Of a DNA stretch of 64,000 nt, positions 8,104 to 22,156 are shown piece by piece (the first letter of the stretch is position 1; each line of letters begins with the position of its first letter). Source of the DNA: Candidatus Omnitrophota bacterium (GTDB lineage Bacteria > Omnitrophota > Gorgyraeia > Gorgyraeales > Gorgyraeaceae). Location: assembly GCA_043814965.1 (NCBI GenBank), contig JBDRJN010000033.1:1379-65378 (forward strand). The letters are read 5' to 3'. The notes beneath the pieces are model-generated. The model was not told where the DNA came from. It ran no database searches and saw only the letters and a program-made list of their open reading frames with translations. Made by a program: the position numbers and the translations under genes.

Positions 8104-8382
8104 ATGGGAGAGAAAAGGATACACGTCTTTTATACTGGCAGGGTGCAGGGTGTAGGGTTCAGGTATACTGTGCAGGATATAGCTGGTAAGCTGGGATTAA
8201 AAGGATGGGTAAAAAATCTTTTTGATGGCAGTGTCGAGGTGTTATGCGAAGGCGAAGAAAAAAAGATAGCTGCGCTCTTGGATAACATAAAAGAGGGCTT
8301 TTTAGGGCGCTATATCAAAGATGTTCAGCTAAGCTGGGAAGACGCAGATGGAGACCTGGATGAGTTTGAAATAAGGCCTTGA
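8104..8382 (+). CDS. acyP: acylphosphatase
   Basis: VQGVGFRY...GWVKNLFDGSVEV signature; 92 aa. Confidence 0.8.
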   Translation: MGEKRIHVFYTGRVQGVGFRYTVQDIAGKLGLKGWVKNLFDGSVEVLCEGEEKKIAALLDNIKEGFLGRYIKDVQLSWEDADGDLDEFEIRP

Positions 8383-8391
8383 TATTTTATT

Positions 8392-11138
<2,747 letters not shown>

Positions 11139-11153
11139 AAAAAGAGGGGTATT

Positions 11154-11660
11154 ATGATCAGAAATAGACATTTAAATATTTTTATTGTAGCAATGGCCCT
11201 AGTGTCTTTCTGCGGATGTGAAGCAGTCCAAAGAAAGTTCGTACGCAAGAAAAAGAAAGAAGAGATGATATCCGCTATAGTAAAGACAAAAGATTATAGC
11301 AAGGACCTCAGGGTGGATGAGCTATATAAAAAGCATTTCCTTTACTGGAAAGTTTGGCAGACAGAGCTCATAGACAGGCTGGACGCAACGCTTAAAAAAA
11401 GAGAAAGTTGTTATTTGTACACTCTTAGCAGCCTGGATGAGATGGTCAAATACCTGTCAGGGGCCAAAAAAGAGGAGCTAAAAGGTATAGTGAATGAGAT
11501 AAAGTCCATAGAAGGCCTTGTCTATAAAAAGAATCTTTTGGGCATGGAAAAGTATAAGATCAAGAATGTACTTGAGAAGACAAAAAGGACTATCTATAAG
11601 AACTTTTCTTTTGATGATGTAAAGGATTACTTAGAAGTCAAGGAAGTCTATGCTGATTAA
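11154..11660 (+). CDS. hypothetical lipoprotein
   Basis: Signal peptide with lipobox (VSFCGC); no recognisable domain. Confidence 0.45.
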   Translation: MIRNRHLNIFIVAMALVSFCGCEAVQRKFVRKKKKEEMISAIVKTKDYSKDLRVDELYKKHFLYWKVWQTELIDRLDATLKKRESCYLYTLSSLDEMVKYLSGAKKEELKGIVNEIKSIEGLVYKKNLLGMEKYKIKNVLEKTKRTIYKNFSFDDVKDYLEVKEVYAD

Positions 11661-12249
11661 AAAGATCGTAGTAGGCGCGATAGAGACAAATTGCTATATA
11701 GCAGGGGATGAAGACACAAAAGAAGTGTTTATCATAGATCCGGGAGGGGATTATAAAAAAATAAAAGAACTTATAGATAAGAACAGCCTTAAACCAAAAG
11801 CAATAATCAATACCCATGGCCATGGAGACCATATCCTGGCTAATAAAGATCTCAAGCTGCCGATATGGATACATAGAGATGATGCGGATTTTTTGAGTGA
11901 TCCTTCAAAGAATATGTCACTTATGATGGGTGGTTTTTTAAGCGCGGGCCATGCCTCAAGGCTTTTAGGAGAAGGAGATATCCTTAAAATAGGCAAGTAT
12001 TCCCTGGAAGTCATACATACGCCTGGCCATACACCTGGTTGTATCTGTCTAAAGGGCGACAAAGTGCTTTTTAGCGGTGATACGCTCTTTTGTAACGGCA
12101 TAGGGAGGACTGATTTTCCATATGGTTCTTATGAAGATATTGTAGCTTCGATCAAAAATAATCTTTTTAAACTAGACGATGATCTTGTAGTATATCCAGG
12201 GCATGGCCCAAGCACCACAATAGGAAGGGAAAAAGAGAATTTAAATTGA
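11650..12249 (+). CDS. MBL-fold metallo-hydrolase (glyoxalase II-like)
   Basis: HGHGDHI zinc motif and downstream His/Asp ligands. Confidence 0.8.
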   Translation: MLIKKIVVGAIETNCYIAGDEDTKEVFIIDPGGDYKKIKELIDKNSLKPKAIINTHGHGDHILANKDLKLPIWIHRDDADFLSDPSKNMSLMMGGFLSAGHASRLLGEGDILKIGKYSLEVIHTPGHTPGCICLKGDKVLFSGDTLFCNGIGRTDFPYGSYEDIVASIKNNLFKLDDDLVVYPGHGPSTTIGREKENLN

Positions 12250-12277
12250 TTTAACTAGACAAACTAAGGTATCTATT

Positions 12278-13165
12278 ATGAATGAACTAGTCGAAGAATT
12301 TTTAAGTTATCTATCCGTGGAGAGAGGGTTGTCAAATAATACCCTATCTTCCTACAAGATGGATCTTTTGAAGTTCCTGGGATTCTTAAAGGCCAAAAAG
12401 ATAGCTTCTATAGATAGCCTATCCAGGAAGGATATAACCAGTTTTATGCTGTCTGAAAAAGAAAGAGGGCTTTCGAGCAATTCTATCTCGAGAGAACTAG
12501 CCTGTTTAAAGAGTTTTTTTAAGTTTTTACTGAGGGAAAGCAGGATAAAAGAAGATATTACAAGTGTCATAGAGTCGCCTAAACTATGGAAAAAACTGCC
12601 GTCAGTGCTTTCTGTGGGTGAGGTCGAGAGAATATTGAAAGCCCCCAATATAAAAGATATACAGGGCGCCAGGGACAAGGCAGCGATCGAACTTATGTAT
12701 GCAACAGGCATGAGGGTATCTGAGCTGATAAACCTAAAGATGAACGACTTGAATATGGAAGTAGGGTTTTGTAAGTGTCTTGGAAAAGGCAGTAAAGAAA
12801 GGATAGTGCCTTTTGGTAAAAAAGCAAAAGAGGCTGTCAATGTATACCTGGATTTTTCAAGGCCCAGGCTTTTAAAAAAGAAGATCACCAACTCCCTTTT
12901 TCTTACAAGACTCGGGAGATCTATGTCTCGCCAGACGTTTTGGAAGCTCATAAAAAAGTATGCGAGTGAAGCAGGGATAGAAAAACACATCACCCCTCAT
13001 AGCTTGAGGCATTCTTTCGCAACTCATATACTTGAAAGAGGCGCTGACCTTAGGGTGGTCCAGGAGATGCTAGGGCATTCAGATATCTCTACTACTCAGA
13101 TCTATACGCATGTGAATAAGGACAGGCTTAAATCGATCCATCATAAGTTTCATCCCAGGCCATAG
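12278..13165 (+). CDS. site-specific tyrosine recombinase XerC/XerD family
   Basis: N-terminal SAM-like domain; C-terminus HSLRHSFATHILERGADLRVVQEMLGHSDISTTQIYTHV with the R..HxxR..Y catalytic residues. Confidence 0.85.
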   Translation: MNELVEEFLSYLSVERGLSNNTLSSYKMDLLKFLGFLKAKKIASIDSLSRKDITSFMLSEKERGLSSNSISRELACLKSFFKFLLRESRIKEDITSVIESPKLWKKLPSVLSVGEVERILKAPNIKDIQGARDKAAIELMYATGMRVSELINLKMNDLNMEVGFCKCLGKGSKERIVPFGKKAKEAVNVYLDFSRPRLLKKKITNSLFLTRLGRSMSRQTFWKLIKKYASEAGIEKHITPHSLRHSFATHILERGADLRVVQEMLGHSDISTTQIYTHVNKDRLKSIHHKFHPRP

Positions 13166-13249
13166 GGTCGGGTTACCCTCCTATGCTAAAGCTTCGGAGG
13201 GCAGGCGGGTAACGGGATGCGGGGTAAAGGTGGAAAAGGGAAGGTTTAG

Positions 13250-13894
13250 ATGATGCATAAAGAGATACTAGAAAAGATCAGAAGTTATTTTAATATGGAA
13301 AAAGAATCTGGTATAAAGGAGTATCTTTTTTTCAAAAAAGAAAAAAAAGACAGCTTAAGCTTATTTAAAAAAGAAATACTAGGGTGTATTAAGTGTGATC
13401 TATCAAAGACCAGAAAAAATGTTGTATTTGGAGATGGCTTTACAAAAGCAAGGCTTGTTTTTGTAGGAGAGGCGCCTGGGTATGAAGAGGATATACAAGG
13501 AAAACCATTCGTAGGGGATGCGGGAAAGCTCCTTACTAAAATAATAGAGTCGATGAAACTTAAAAGAGAAGATGTCTATATATGCAATGTCTTGAAATGC
13601 CGGCCCCCAAAGAATAGAAACCCTTTGCCTGAAGAGATAGCTCATTGTATGGACTATCTATATAGACAACTTGAGCTCATCAAGCCAGAGGTGATCTGCG
13701 GGCTGGGTAAATTTGCGTCCCAGACGCTTCTTAAGACAGATATACCTATCACTAAGTTGAGAGGAAAGTGGCATGATTTTAAGGGTATGAAGTTCATGCC
13801 TACTTATCACCCTGCATATCTTTTGCGCAATCCTAAAGATAAGAAACTTGTCTGGGAAGACATGAAAAAGATAATGGAAGTAATGTCATTATGA
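13250..13894 (+). CDS. uracil-DNA glycosylase, family 4
   Basis: GCIKCDL...VFVGEAPGYEEDIQGKPFVGDAGKLL and a Cys cluster for the 4Fe-4S centre. Confidence 0.8.
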   Translation: MMHKEILEKIRSYFNMEKESGIKEYLFFKKEKKDSLSLFKKEILGCIKCDLSKTRKNVVFGDGFTKARLVFVGEAPGYEEDIQGKPFVGDAGKLLTKIIESMKLKREDVYICNVLKCRPPKNRNPLPEEIAHCMDYLYRQLELIKPEVICGLGKFASQTLLKTDIPITKLRGKWHDFKGMKFMPTYHPAYLLRNPKDKKLVWEDMKKIMEVMSL

Positions 13895-15903
13895 GTAGAC
13901 CAAGACTGATAGACGTAGCTGTCAATTGTCCTGTGGAAGGGCTTTTTACATATTCTGTCCCGAAAGAATTAGAAAACGATATAAAAATAGGTTCTTTGGT
14001 AAAGGTGCCTTTTGGAAAAAAGAACCTGACTGGTTTTGCTGTTAAGTTCTCTTCAAATACCTATATAAAAAATATAAGGCCAATAACCGATATCATAAAT
14101 AAGGATATCACCTTGGACCCTATAATATTTGAGCTTTCCAAATGGATCTCGGAGTATTACTACTGTTCTTTGGGAGAGGCTATATCCGCTACTATGCCAG
14201 GAGTGCTTAAAAAACACTTATCCAAAAAAAGAGCCGGTAAGAAAAAAGGCAAAGAAGAGGAGTTTGAGTATAAAGACGGCTCGGATAAACACTTAGACCC
14301 TAATAAAGAACAAAGAGATGCCCTGGCTTCTATCAAAGATTGTATTGATAAAAAACTTCATAAAGTATTTCTCTTGCATGGTGTTACTGGAAGCGGTAAG
14401 ACAGAAGTATATTTGCAATCGATCCAGCATGCGTTGCACCTTGGTAGATCAAGCATTGTGCTTGTCCCTGAGATATCACTTACACCTCAGACCGTTGCCA
14501 GGTTCAAGGCAAGGTTTGGAGATAAGATCGCAGTGCTGCATTCGAGGCTCCTGGGTTCAGAGAGGCTTAGCGAGTGGCAGAGGATCAAAAAAGGAGAGGC
14601 CCGGATAGTGGTAGGCGCAAGGTCCGCTGTCTTTGCGCCGTTAACTGATCTTGGCTTGATAGTAGTAGATGAGGAACACGAGACATCTTATAAACAGGAG
14701 AGTGTTCCAAGATACAACGCAAGGGATGCTGCTATCAAGAGGTCAGAACTATCGAATGCGGTCACTATCCTTGGCAGCGCCACACCATCCCTTGAGACAT
14801 TCTATAAAGCCCAGAACAAACTTTATGTCTTGGTCGAACTGCCTGAAAGAATAGATTCGAGGCTGATGCCAAAAGTAGATATCATAGACATGCGCGATGA
14901 GGCAAACAGGAAAAAGACGCCCTCTATATTCAGTTATTCTTTGAAAAGCTGGATAGAAAAAGATATTGCTCAGGGAAAACAGGTCATGTTATTTTTAAAC
15001 AGGAGAGGTTTTTCTACTTTTATAAGTTGTAGAAAATGCGGGCATGTGATCACCTGCAAAAAGTGCAGCGTAAGCCTCACATATCATTTTTATAAGAAAA
15101 AGCTGATCTGCCATCATTGTAGTTATAATATAGACCCGCCTAACGTTTGCCCGGAATGTAATTCCAGTTATGTTAAATATTGGGGCATGGGCACTGAAAG
15201 AGTAGAAAGCGAACTCCATAGGTATTTTCCTAATATAAGGATAGCTCGCATGGACACGGATGCTACCAATAAAAGAGGGTCGCATGAAAAGGTCCTTTCG
15301 AAGTTCAAAGACCACAAGATAGATATACTTATTGGTACGCAGATGATAGCAAAGGGCCATGATTTTCCAAAAGTCACTTTAGTGGGGGTTGTCTCAGCTG
15401 ATACTGCGCTTAACCTGCCTGATTTTAGATCTGGCGAGAGGACGTTTAATCTCCTGACACAAGTCGCTGGCCGTGCTGGAAGAAGCGATCTCGGCGGAAG
15501 GGTTATTATACAAAGCTACACCCCGCATCATTATGCTATACAAGCAGCAAAAGACCATGACTATGGTACTTTTTATGCCAAGGAAATAGAACTGCGCAAG
15601 GAACTTATGCTCCCGCCTATCACTCATATGGTGAGTCTTACCTTGTGCTCAAGGAACGAGGAAAAGGTCTTAAAAATAGCTGAAGCATTGAGAAATAAAT
15701 TCAAGAAATTAGACAAGTCCAACAAGATAGATATTGTCGGGCCTGCGCCAGCCCCTATATCGCGCATGAAAGGCCAATATAGATGGAACCTATTCCTGAA
15801 GTCAAAGGCAGTCGAAGATATTATACCGCTATTAAAAAAGACCCTTTCTTTTCGTAAAAAAGAAAAGGGCGTTGCCGTGATAGTCGATGTGGACCCATAT
15901 TAA
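13891..15903 (+). CDS. priA: primosomal protein N' (PriA helicase)
   Basis: Walker [19 protein letters not shown] box, CxxC zinc-finger pairs, and a C-terminal helicase domain. Confidence 0.9.
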   Translation: MSRPRLIDVAVNCPVEGLFTYSVPKELENDIKIGSLVKVPFGKKNLTGFAVKFSSNTYIKNIRPITDIINKDITLDPIIFELSKWISEYYYCSLGEAISATMPGVLKKHLSKKRAGKKKGKEEEFEYKDGSDKHLDPNKEQRDALASIKDCIDKKLHKVFLLHGVTGSGKTEVYLQSIQHALHLGRSSIVLVPEISLTPQTVARFKARFGDKIAVLHSRLLGSERLSEWQRIKKGEARIVVGARSAVFAPLTDLGLIVVDEEHETSYKQESVPRYNARDAAIKRSELSNAVTILGSATPSLETFYKAQNKLYVLVELPERIDSRLMPKVDIIDMRDEANRKKTPSIFSYSLKSWIEKDIAQGKQVMLFLNRRGFSTFISCRKCGHVITCKKCSVSLTYHFYKKKLICHHCSYNIDPPNVCPECNSSYVKYWGMGTERVESELHRYFPNIRIARMDTDATNKRGSHEKVLSKFKDHKIDILIGTQMIAKGHDFPKVTLVGVVSADTALNLPDFRSGERTFNLLTQVAGRAGRSDLGGRVIIQSYTPHHYAIQAAKDHDYGTFYAKEIELRKELMLPPITHMVSLTLCSRNEEKVLKIAEALRNKFKKLDKSNKIDIVGPAPAPISRMKGQYRWNLFLKSKAVEDIIPLLKKTLSFRKKEKGVAVIVDVDPY

Positions 15904-15971
15904 AATAGGGACACATCCCCTTTTTTACCTATTTTTTAATTTTTTTAAAAAAAGGGGATGTGTCCCTATTT
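15903..15971 (+). terminator. 25-bp perfect inverted repeat hairpin after priA, flanked by T-runs
   Basis: aaaatagggacacatcccctttttt ... aaaaaaggggatgtgtccctatttt. Confidence 0.65.
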
Positions 15972-16042
15972 TAAAACTGTATTGTAACAGTTTGTGAAGT
16001 GTGCTAAAATAAAAAATACTCGCAGTTAATATAAGGAGATGC

Positions 16043-16549
16043 ATGGCGAAGTTAGATATAAAGAAGTATCCCGATAAGGCATTAAAGAAAAAAGCCTTAT
16101 CCATAGATAAGATCACGGAAGACTTAAAAGAACTTGCCAAGGATATGCTCGAGACTATGCATTTAGCCAATGGTGTAGGGCTCGCAGCTCCTCAAGTGGG
16201 TGTAAATAAGCGTATGATAGTGATCGACAGGGTCGAGAACATGTCAAATCATCTGGTTCTTGTAAATCCCAGGATACTGAGAAAAAAAGGCAGGTCTAGT
16301 TTTTGTGAAGGCTGCCTCAGTATACCAGAAGTGACAAGCGATGTTGTGAGGCCCAGGGAAGTTACAGTAGAGACCTTGGATATAGATGGTAAAGAATTAA
16401 GGATAGAGGCAGGAGGGCTTTTAGCAAGGGTCCTTCAGCATGAGATCGACCATCTGGACGGAGTGCTTTTTATAGACCGTATAGGATTTTTAAAAAGAAA
16501 AAAGATATCAAAGCTCATCTCTTCAAAAAAAGTCTGTATAGAATTGTGA
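16043..16549 (+). CDS. def: peptide deformylase
   Basis: GVGLAAPQ, EGCLS and QHEIDHL motifs. Confidence 0.9.
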   Translation: MAKLDIKKYPDKALKKKALSIDKITEDLKELAKDMLETMHLANGVGLAAPQVGVNKRMIVIDRVENMSNHLVLVNPRILRKKGRSSFCEGCLSIPEVTSDVVRPREVTVETLDIDGKELRIEAGGLLARVLQHEIDHLDGVLFIDRIGFLKRKKISKLISSKKVCIEL

Positions 16550-16569
16550 TATAGCTTAAAACCTAAACT

Positions 16570-17511
16570 ATGAAAATAATATTTTTTGGAAGTTCTGATT
16601 TTGCCCTTCCTTCCTTAGAGAGGATATGTAAAGCCGAGGAAGTATCTCTTGTAGTGACTCAGCCTGACAGGAAAAAGGGAAGGTCTCTAAAAGTCGCTCC
16701 TACGCCTATTAAGGAATCAGCGCAACATCTCGGTATCAAGGTATTTCAGCCGGAGGATGTGAATCTGCCTGAAGCAATAGAGTACCTAAAGGGTTTTAAG
16801 AGTGATATATTCATTGTCGTAAGTTTTGGACAGATCTTAAAAAAAGATGTTTTAGATATACCTAGACTTTATTCAGTCAATATACATTCATCGCTGCTTC
16901 CTAAATACCGCGGCGCAGCGCCTATGAATTGGGCTATTGCGAATGGTGATACTGAGACAGGGGTCACCATTATAAAGATGAATGAAAAGATGGATGAGGG
17001 AGACATGTTATTAAAAGAGAGGATCCCTATGACGCCTTTGGAAGACGCAATAGACCTATCAAAGAAGCTTTCAAAGGCAGCCAGCCAGCTTATAATGGAT
17101 GCGATAGAAAATATTAAAGATAGCAGTGTAGTATTTGAAAAACAGGACAGCAGCCTAGCAACTTACGCGCCTAAATTAAAAAAAGAGGACGGCCTCATAG
17201 ACTGGAAATGGGCCTCAGCTAAGATCTATAATAGAGCCAGGGCATTTTTGCCATGGCCTGGTTGTTTTACTGTGTGGAACGGGAAAATACTTAAAGTTTG
17301 GAACCCGGAGACAGTAGATACAGGTTCTAAATACAGTGGGGCTAAACCTGGAACAATACTTGAGATCGCCAAGGACCGTATGGTAGTAGCAGGAGGAGAA
17401 AGCACTAGTATAGCTATTAAAGAACTGCAGGTCGAGGGTTCACGAAGGATGAGCGTAGATGAATTTGTAAGAGGACACAGGGATCTGGAAGTAGGCGTAG
17501 TTTTAGGTTGA
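16570..17511 (+). CDS. fmt: methionyl-tRNA formyltransferase
   Basis: Formyl-transferase N-domain (HSSLLPKYRGAAP) and a C-terminal domain; def-fmt synteny. Confidence 0.9.
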   Translation: MKIIFFGSSDFALPSLERICKAEEVSLVVTQPDRKKGRSLKVAPTPIKESAQHLGIKVFQPEDVNLPEAIEYLKGFKSDIFIVVSFGQILKKDVLDIPRLYSVNIHSSLLPKYRGAAPMNWAIANGDTETGVTIIKMNEKMDEGDMLLKERIPMTPLEDAIDLSKKLSKAASQLIMDAIENIKDSSVVFEKQDSSLATYAPKLKKEDGLIDWKWASAKIYNRARAFLPWPGCFTVWNGKILKVWNPETVDTGSKYSGAKPGTILEIAKDRMVVAGGESTSIAIKELQVEGSRRMSVDEFVRGHRDLEVGVVLG

Positions 17512-17546
17512 ATCACTAACTTTTTATGATATAATCACTTCTCAAT

Positions 17547-18569
17547 ATGCCAGAATTAAGAAAAGATCCAGTTATAGGCAGATGGGTTATAATCTCAGTC
17601 GAGAGGGCTAAGAGGCCGAGTGACTTTAAGGTACTTCATCCTGATGATGAAGGGTCTTATTGTCCATTTTGCGAAGGCCATGAGAAGGATACTAGCCCAG
17701 AGGTCTTTGCAATAAGAAAGCCAGGCACAAAGAAAGACGGCCCTGGCTGGGATGTGAGGATAATCCCCAGTATATTTCCGAGATTGGATATCAAGGGAGG
17801 CCTTGATAGAAGAGGTGTCGGTATGTATGATGTCATGAACCCTGTAGGAGTCCATGAGATAATACTGGAATCACCGGACCATGTTACTGATATATATCAA
17901 TTGCCTACAGATAAGATAGAACTCATAGTAGATGCGAATGTCAGCAGGATCATTGAGCTCGAAAAAGACCCCAGACTTAAATATTGCCTTCTTTTCAAGA
18001 ACCATGGACTTCGCGCGGGAGGAAGTAAAGTCACAAAACATCTTCGCTCACAACTCATAGCCACGCCTGTTACGCCTACTCGCGTAAAGGAAGAGCTCAA
18101 GGGAGCCAGGTTTTATTATAAATACAAGGATAGGTGTATATTTTGTGATATCATAGACCAGGAATTAAATAAGGAAGACAGGGTCATAGTCGATACGGAT
18201 AATATCATTGCCATAGCTCCTTTTGCTTCACGGTTTCCATTTGAGATATGGATACTTCCAAAAAAACATTCTTCGGATTTTATAAATATAAAAAGAGAAG
18301 AGACCAAAGACCTGGCAGTAGTGATACAAAAAGTATTTAGTAAGCTATCAAAGGCCCTTAATGACCCTCCCTATAATTATATGCTTCACACTGCTCCTTT
18401 CAGGAGGTCAAATAGGCCTGGATATTGGCATACGATAGAAGAAGATTATCACTGGCACATAGAAGTCATGCCAAGGATCACTCAGATAGCTGGCTTTGAA
18501 TGGGGCTCGGGTTTTTATATCAATCCGACCCCGCCGGAAGAAGCAGCAAAATATTTAAGGGAGATATAG
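17547..18569 (+). CDS. GalT-like HIT-family nucleotidyltransferase paralog 1 (HxHxQ altered to HxRxQ)
   Basis: CPFCEGHE zinc motif and conserved fold. The segment FKNHGLRAGGSKVTKHLRSQ has Arg where paralog 2 has the second His of HTHTQ. Confidence 0.6.
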   Translation: MPELRKDPVIGRWVIISVERAKRPSDFKVLHPDDEGSYCPFCEGHEKDTSPEVFAIRKPGTKKDGPGWDVRIIPSIFPRLDIKGGLDRRGVGMYDVMNPVGVHEIILESPDHVTDIYQLPTDKIELIVDANVSRIIELEKDPRLKYCLLFKNHGLRAGGSKVTKHLRSQLIATPVTPTRVKEELKGARFYYKYKDRCIFCDIIDQELNKEDRVIVDTDNIIAIAPFASRFPFEIWILPKKHSSDFINIKREETKDLAVVIQKVFSKLSKALNDPPYNYMLHTAPFRRSNRPGYWHTIEEDYHWHIEVMPRITQIAGFEWGSGFYINPTPPEEAAKYLREI

Positions 18570-20590
<2,021 letters not shown>

Positions 20591-20630
20591 TCGATATTGA
20601 CTGCATCTTAAATCTTTAGTACTGTATCAG

Positions 20631-20677
20631 GCTCCTCGCTATTTTCAAAAAAAATAGCGAGGAGCTCTTCTTTATTT
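20631..20677 (+). terminator. rho-independent terminator after gap
   Basis: gctcctcgctatttt / aaaatagcgaggagc stem followed by a T-rich run. Confidence 0.6.
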
Positions 20678-20710
20678 TGATAAAACCGCTGGCTTAAGAA
20701 AGGATATGAT

Positions 20711-22156
20711 TTGAATATATTATTTGCTTCATCAGAGGTAGTCCCTTTTGCTAAGACAGGAGGTTTGGCGGATGTGTTGGGGGCCCTCCCTGAAAGCCTT
20801 TCTAAAAAAGGGTGTAAATGCAATGTGATCCTGCCCCTTTATAGATGTGTAAGAGAACATGGTTACTCACCTAAGATATTCAAAAAAGGTTTGATCGTAA
20901 AGATAGACAATAAAGAATTGCCATTTGACCTCTCTATGCTAGAGCAAGGCAACGTAAGGGTGTATTTTGTAGAGAGAGATGATTATTATGATAGGGAATA
21001 TTTATACAATTCTCCTACAGAGGACTATCCAGATAATGCGCTGAGATTTGGTTTTTTCGCTAAAGCTATAATAGCATCCATACCTCACATAGGAAAGATA
21101 GACCTATTGCACCTCAATGACTGGCAGACAGCGCTGGTGCCTTTTTATATAAAACTCTTTCATAAGGATGACCAGTCATTAAATAGGATAAAAATACTGT
21201 TTACTATTCACAACATGGCTTACCAGGGCCTATTTGATAAAAAGTTCCTAGGGCCATTAGAGATACCTGAGAGCAAGTTTACTCCGGATACATTGGAGTT
21301 CTGGGGAAGGATCAATTTTATGAAAGCAGGTATTATATATTCAGATGCAGTAAGTACTGTCAGCGTGGGTTATAGCCGTGAGATATTGACAGAGGAGTTC
21401 GGGTGCGGACTGGATGGGCTTTTGAACACAAAAAAAGACGATCTATTCGGTATAGTGAATGGAGTAGATTATTCCGTATGGAACCCTGAGGCCGATGACA
21501 GTATAATAAAAAAATATAATATTGACACTATAGGCGGCAAAAAAGACTGCAAGGCTGACCTATTAAAAGAGTTCAATATGGAGCAGAACATCGATAGGCC
21601 TCTTATAGGCATGATCACCAGGCTTGCAGAGCAGAAGGGTATTGATCTGGTTGCAGGATCCATGGAAGAGATCTTAGATCTAGGGTTTAGTTTTATTATC
21701 CTGGGTTTTGGCGAAGAAAAATACAACTCTATGTTCAAGGCGCTTTCAAATAAACATAAAGGCCTTGTCGGAGCTAGGATAGGTTTTGATAATGCACTTG
21801 CGCACAAGATAGAAGCAGGCAGTGATATATTTTTAATGCCTTCAAGGTATGAACCTTGCGGCCTTAATCAGTTATATAGCATGAAATACGGGACCGTGCC
21901 TGTAGTAAGGGCAGTCGGTGGGCTGGATGATACAGTCGAGAGTTTCGACGCTGCTACAAAAAAAGGCAATGGGTTTAAGTTTAAAGAGGCTTCCGGGGAG
22001 GCCTTGATAAAGACATTAAAAAATACCATCACTATATATGACGATAAAAAAATCTGGGAGAGGCTTTTAAAAAATTGTCTTTTATGTGATTACTCATGGG
22101 ATGCATCTGCCCTGAAGTATAAGGGGCTATACGAAAAGATAGTCGATCGATCATGA
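20711..22156 (+). CDS. glgA: glycogen synthase GlgA
   Basis: N-terminal EVVPFAKTGGLADVLGALP motif; GT5 family architecture. Confidence 0.85.
   Translation: MNILFASSEVVPFAKTGGLADVLGALPESLSKKGCKCNVILPLYRCVREHGYSPKIFKKGLIVKIDNKELPFDLSMLEQGNVRVYFVERDDYYDREYLYNSPTEDYPDNALRFGFFAKAIIASIPHIGKIDLLHLNDWQTALVPFYIKLFHKDDQSLNRIKILFTIHNMAYQGLFDKKFLGPLEIPESKFTPDTLEFWGRINFMKAGIIYSDAVSTVSVGYSREILTEEFGCGLDGLLNTKKDDLFGIVNGVDYSVWNPEADDSIIKKYNIDTIGGKKDCKADLLKEFNMEQNIDRPLIGMITRLAEQKGIDLVAGSMEEILDLGFSFIILGFGEEKYNSMFKALSNKHKGLVGARIGFDNALAHKIEAGSDIFLMPSRYEPCGLNQLYSMKYGTVPVVRAVGGLDDTVESFDAATKKGNGFKFKEASGEALIKTLKNTITIYDDKKIWERLLKNCLLCDYSWDASALKYKGLYEKIVDRS

Noticed and set aside
14318-14854. + strand alternative-frame ORFs (96 and 61 aa) inside priA
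   Set aside because: They overlap the PriA helicase core in another frame; Arg/Ser-rich composition typical of an out-of-frame read.
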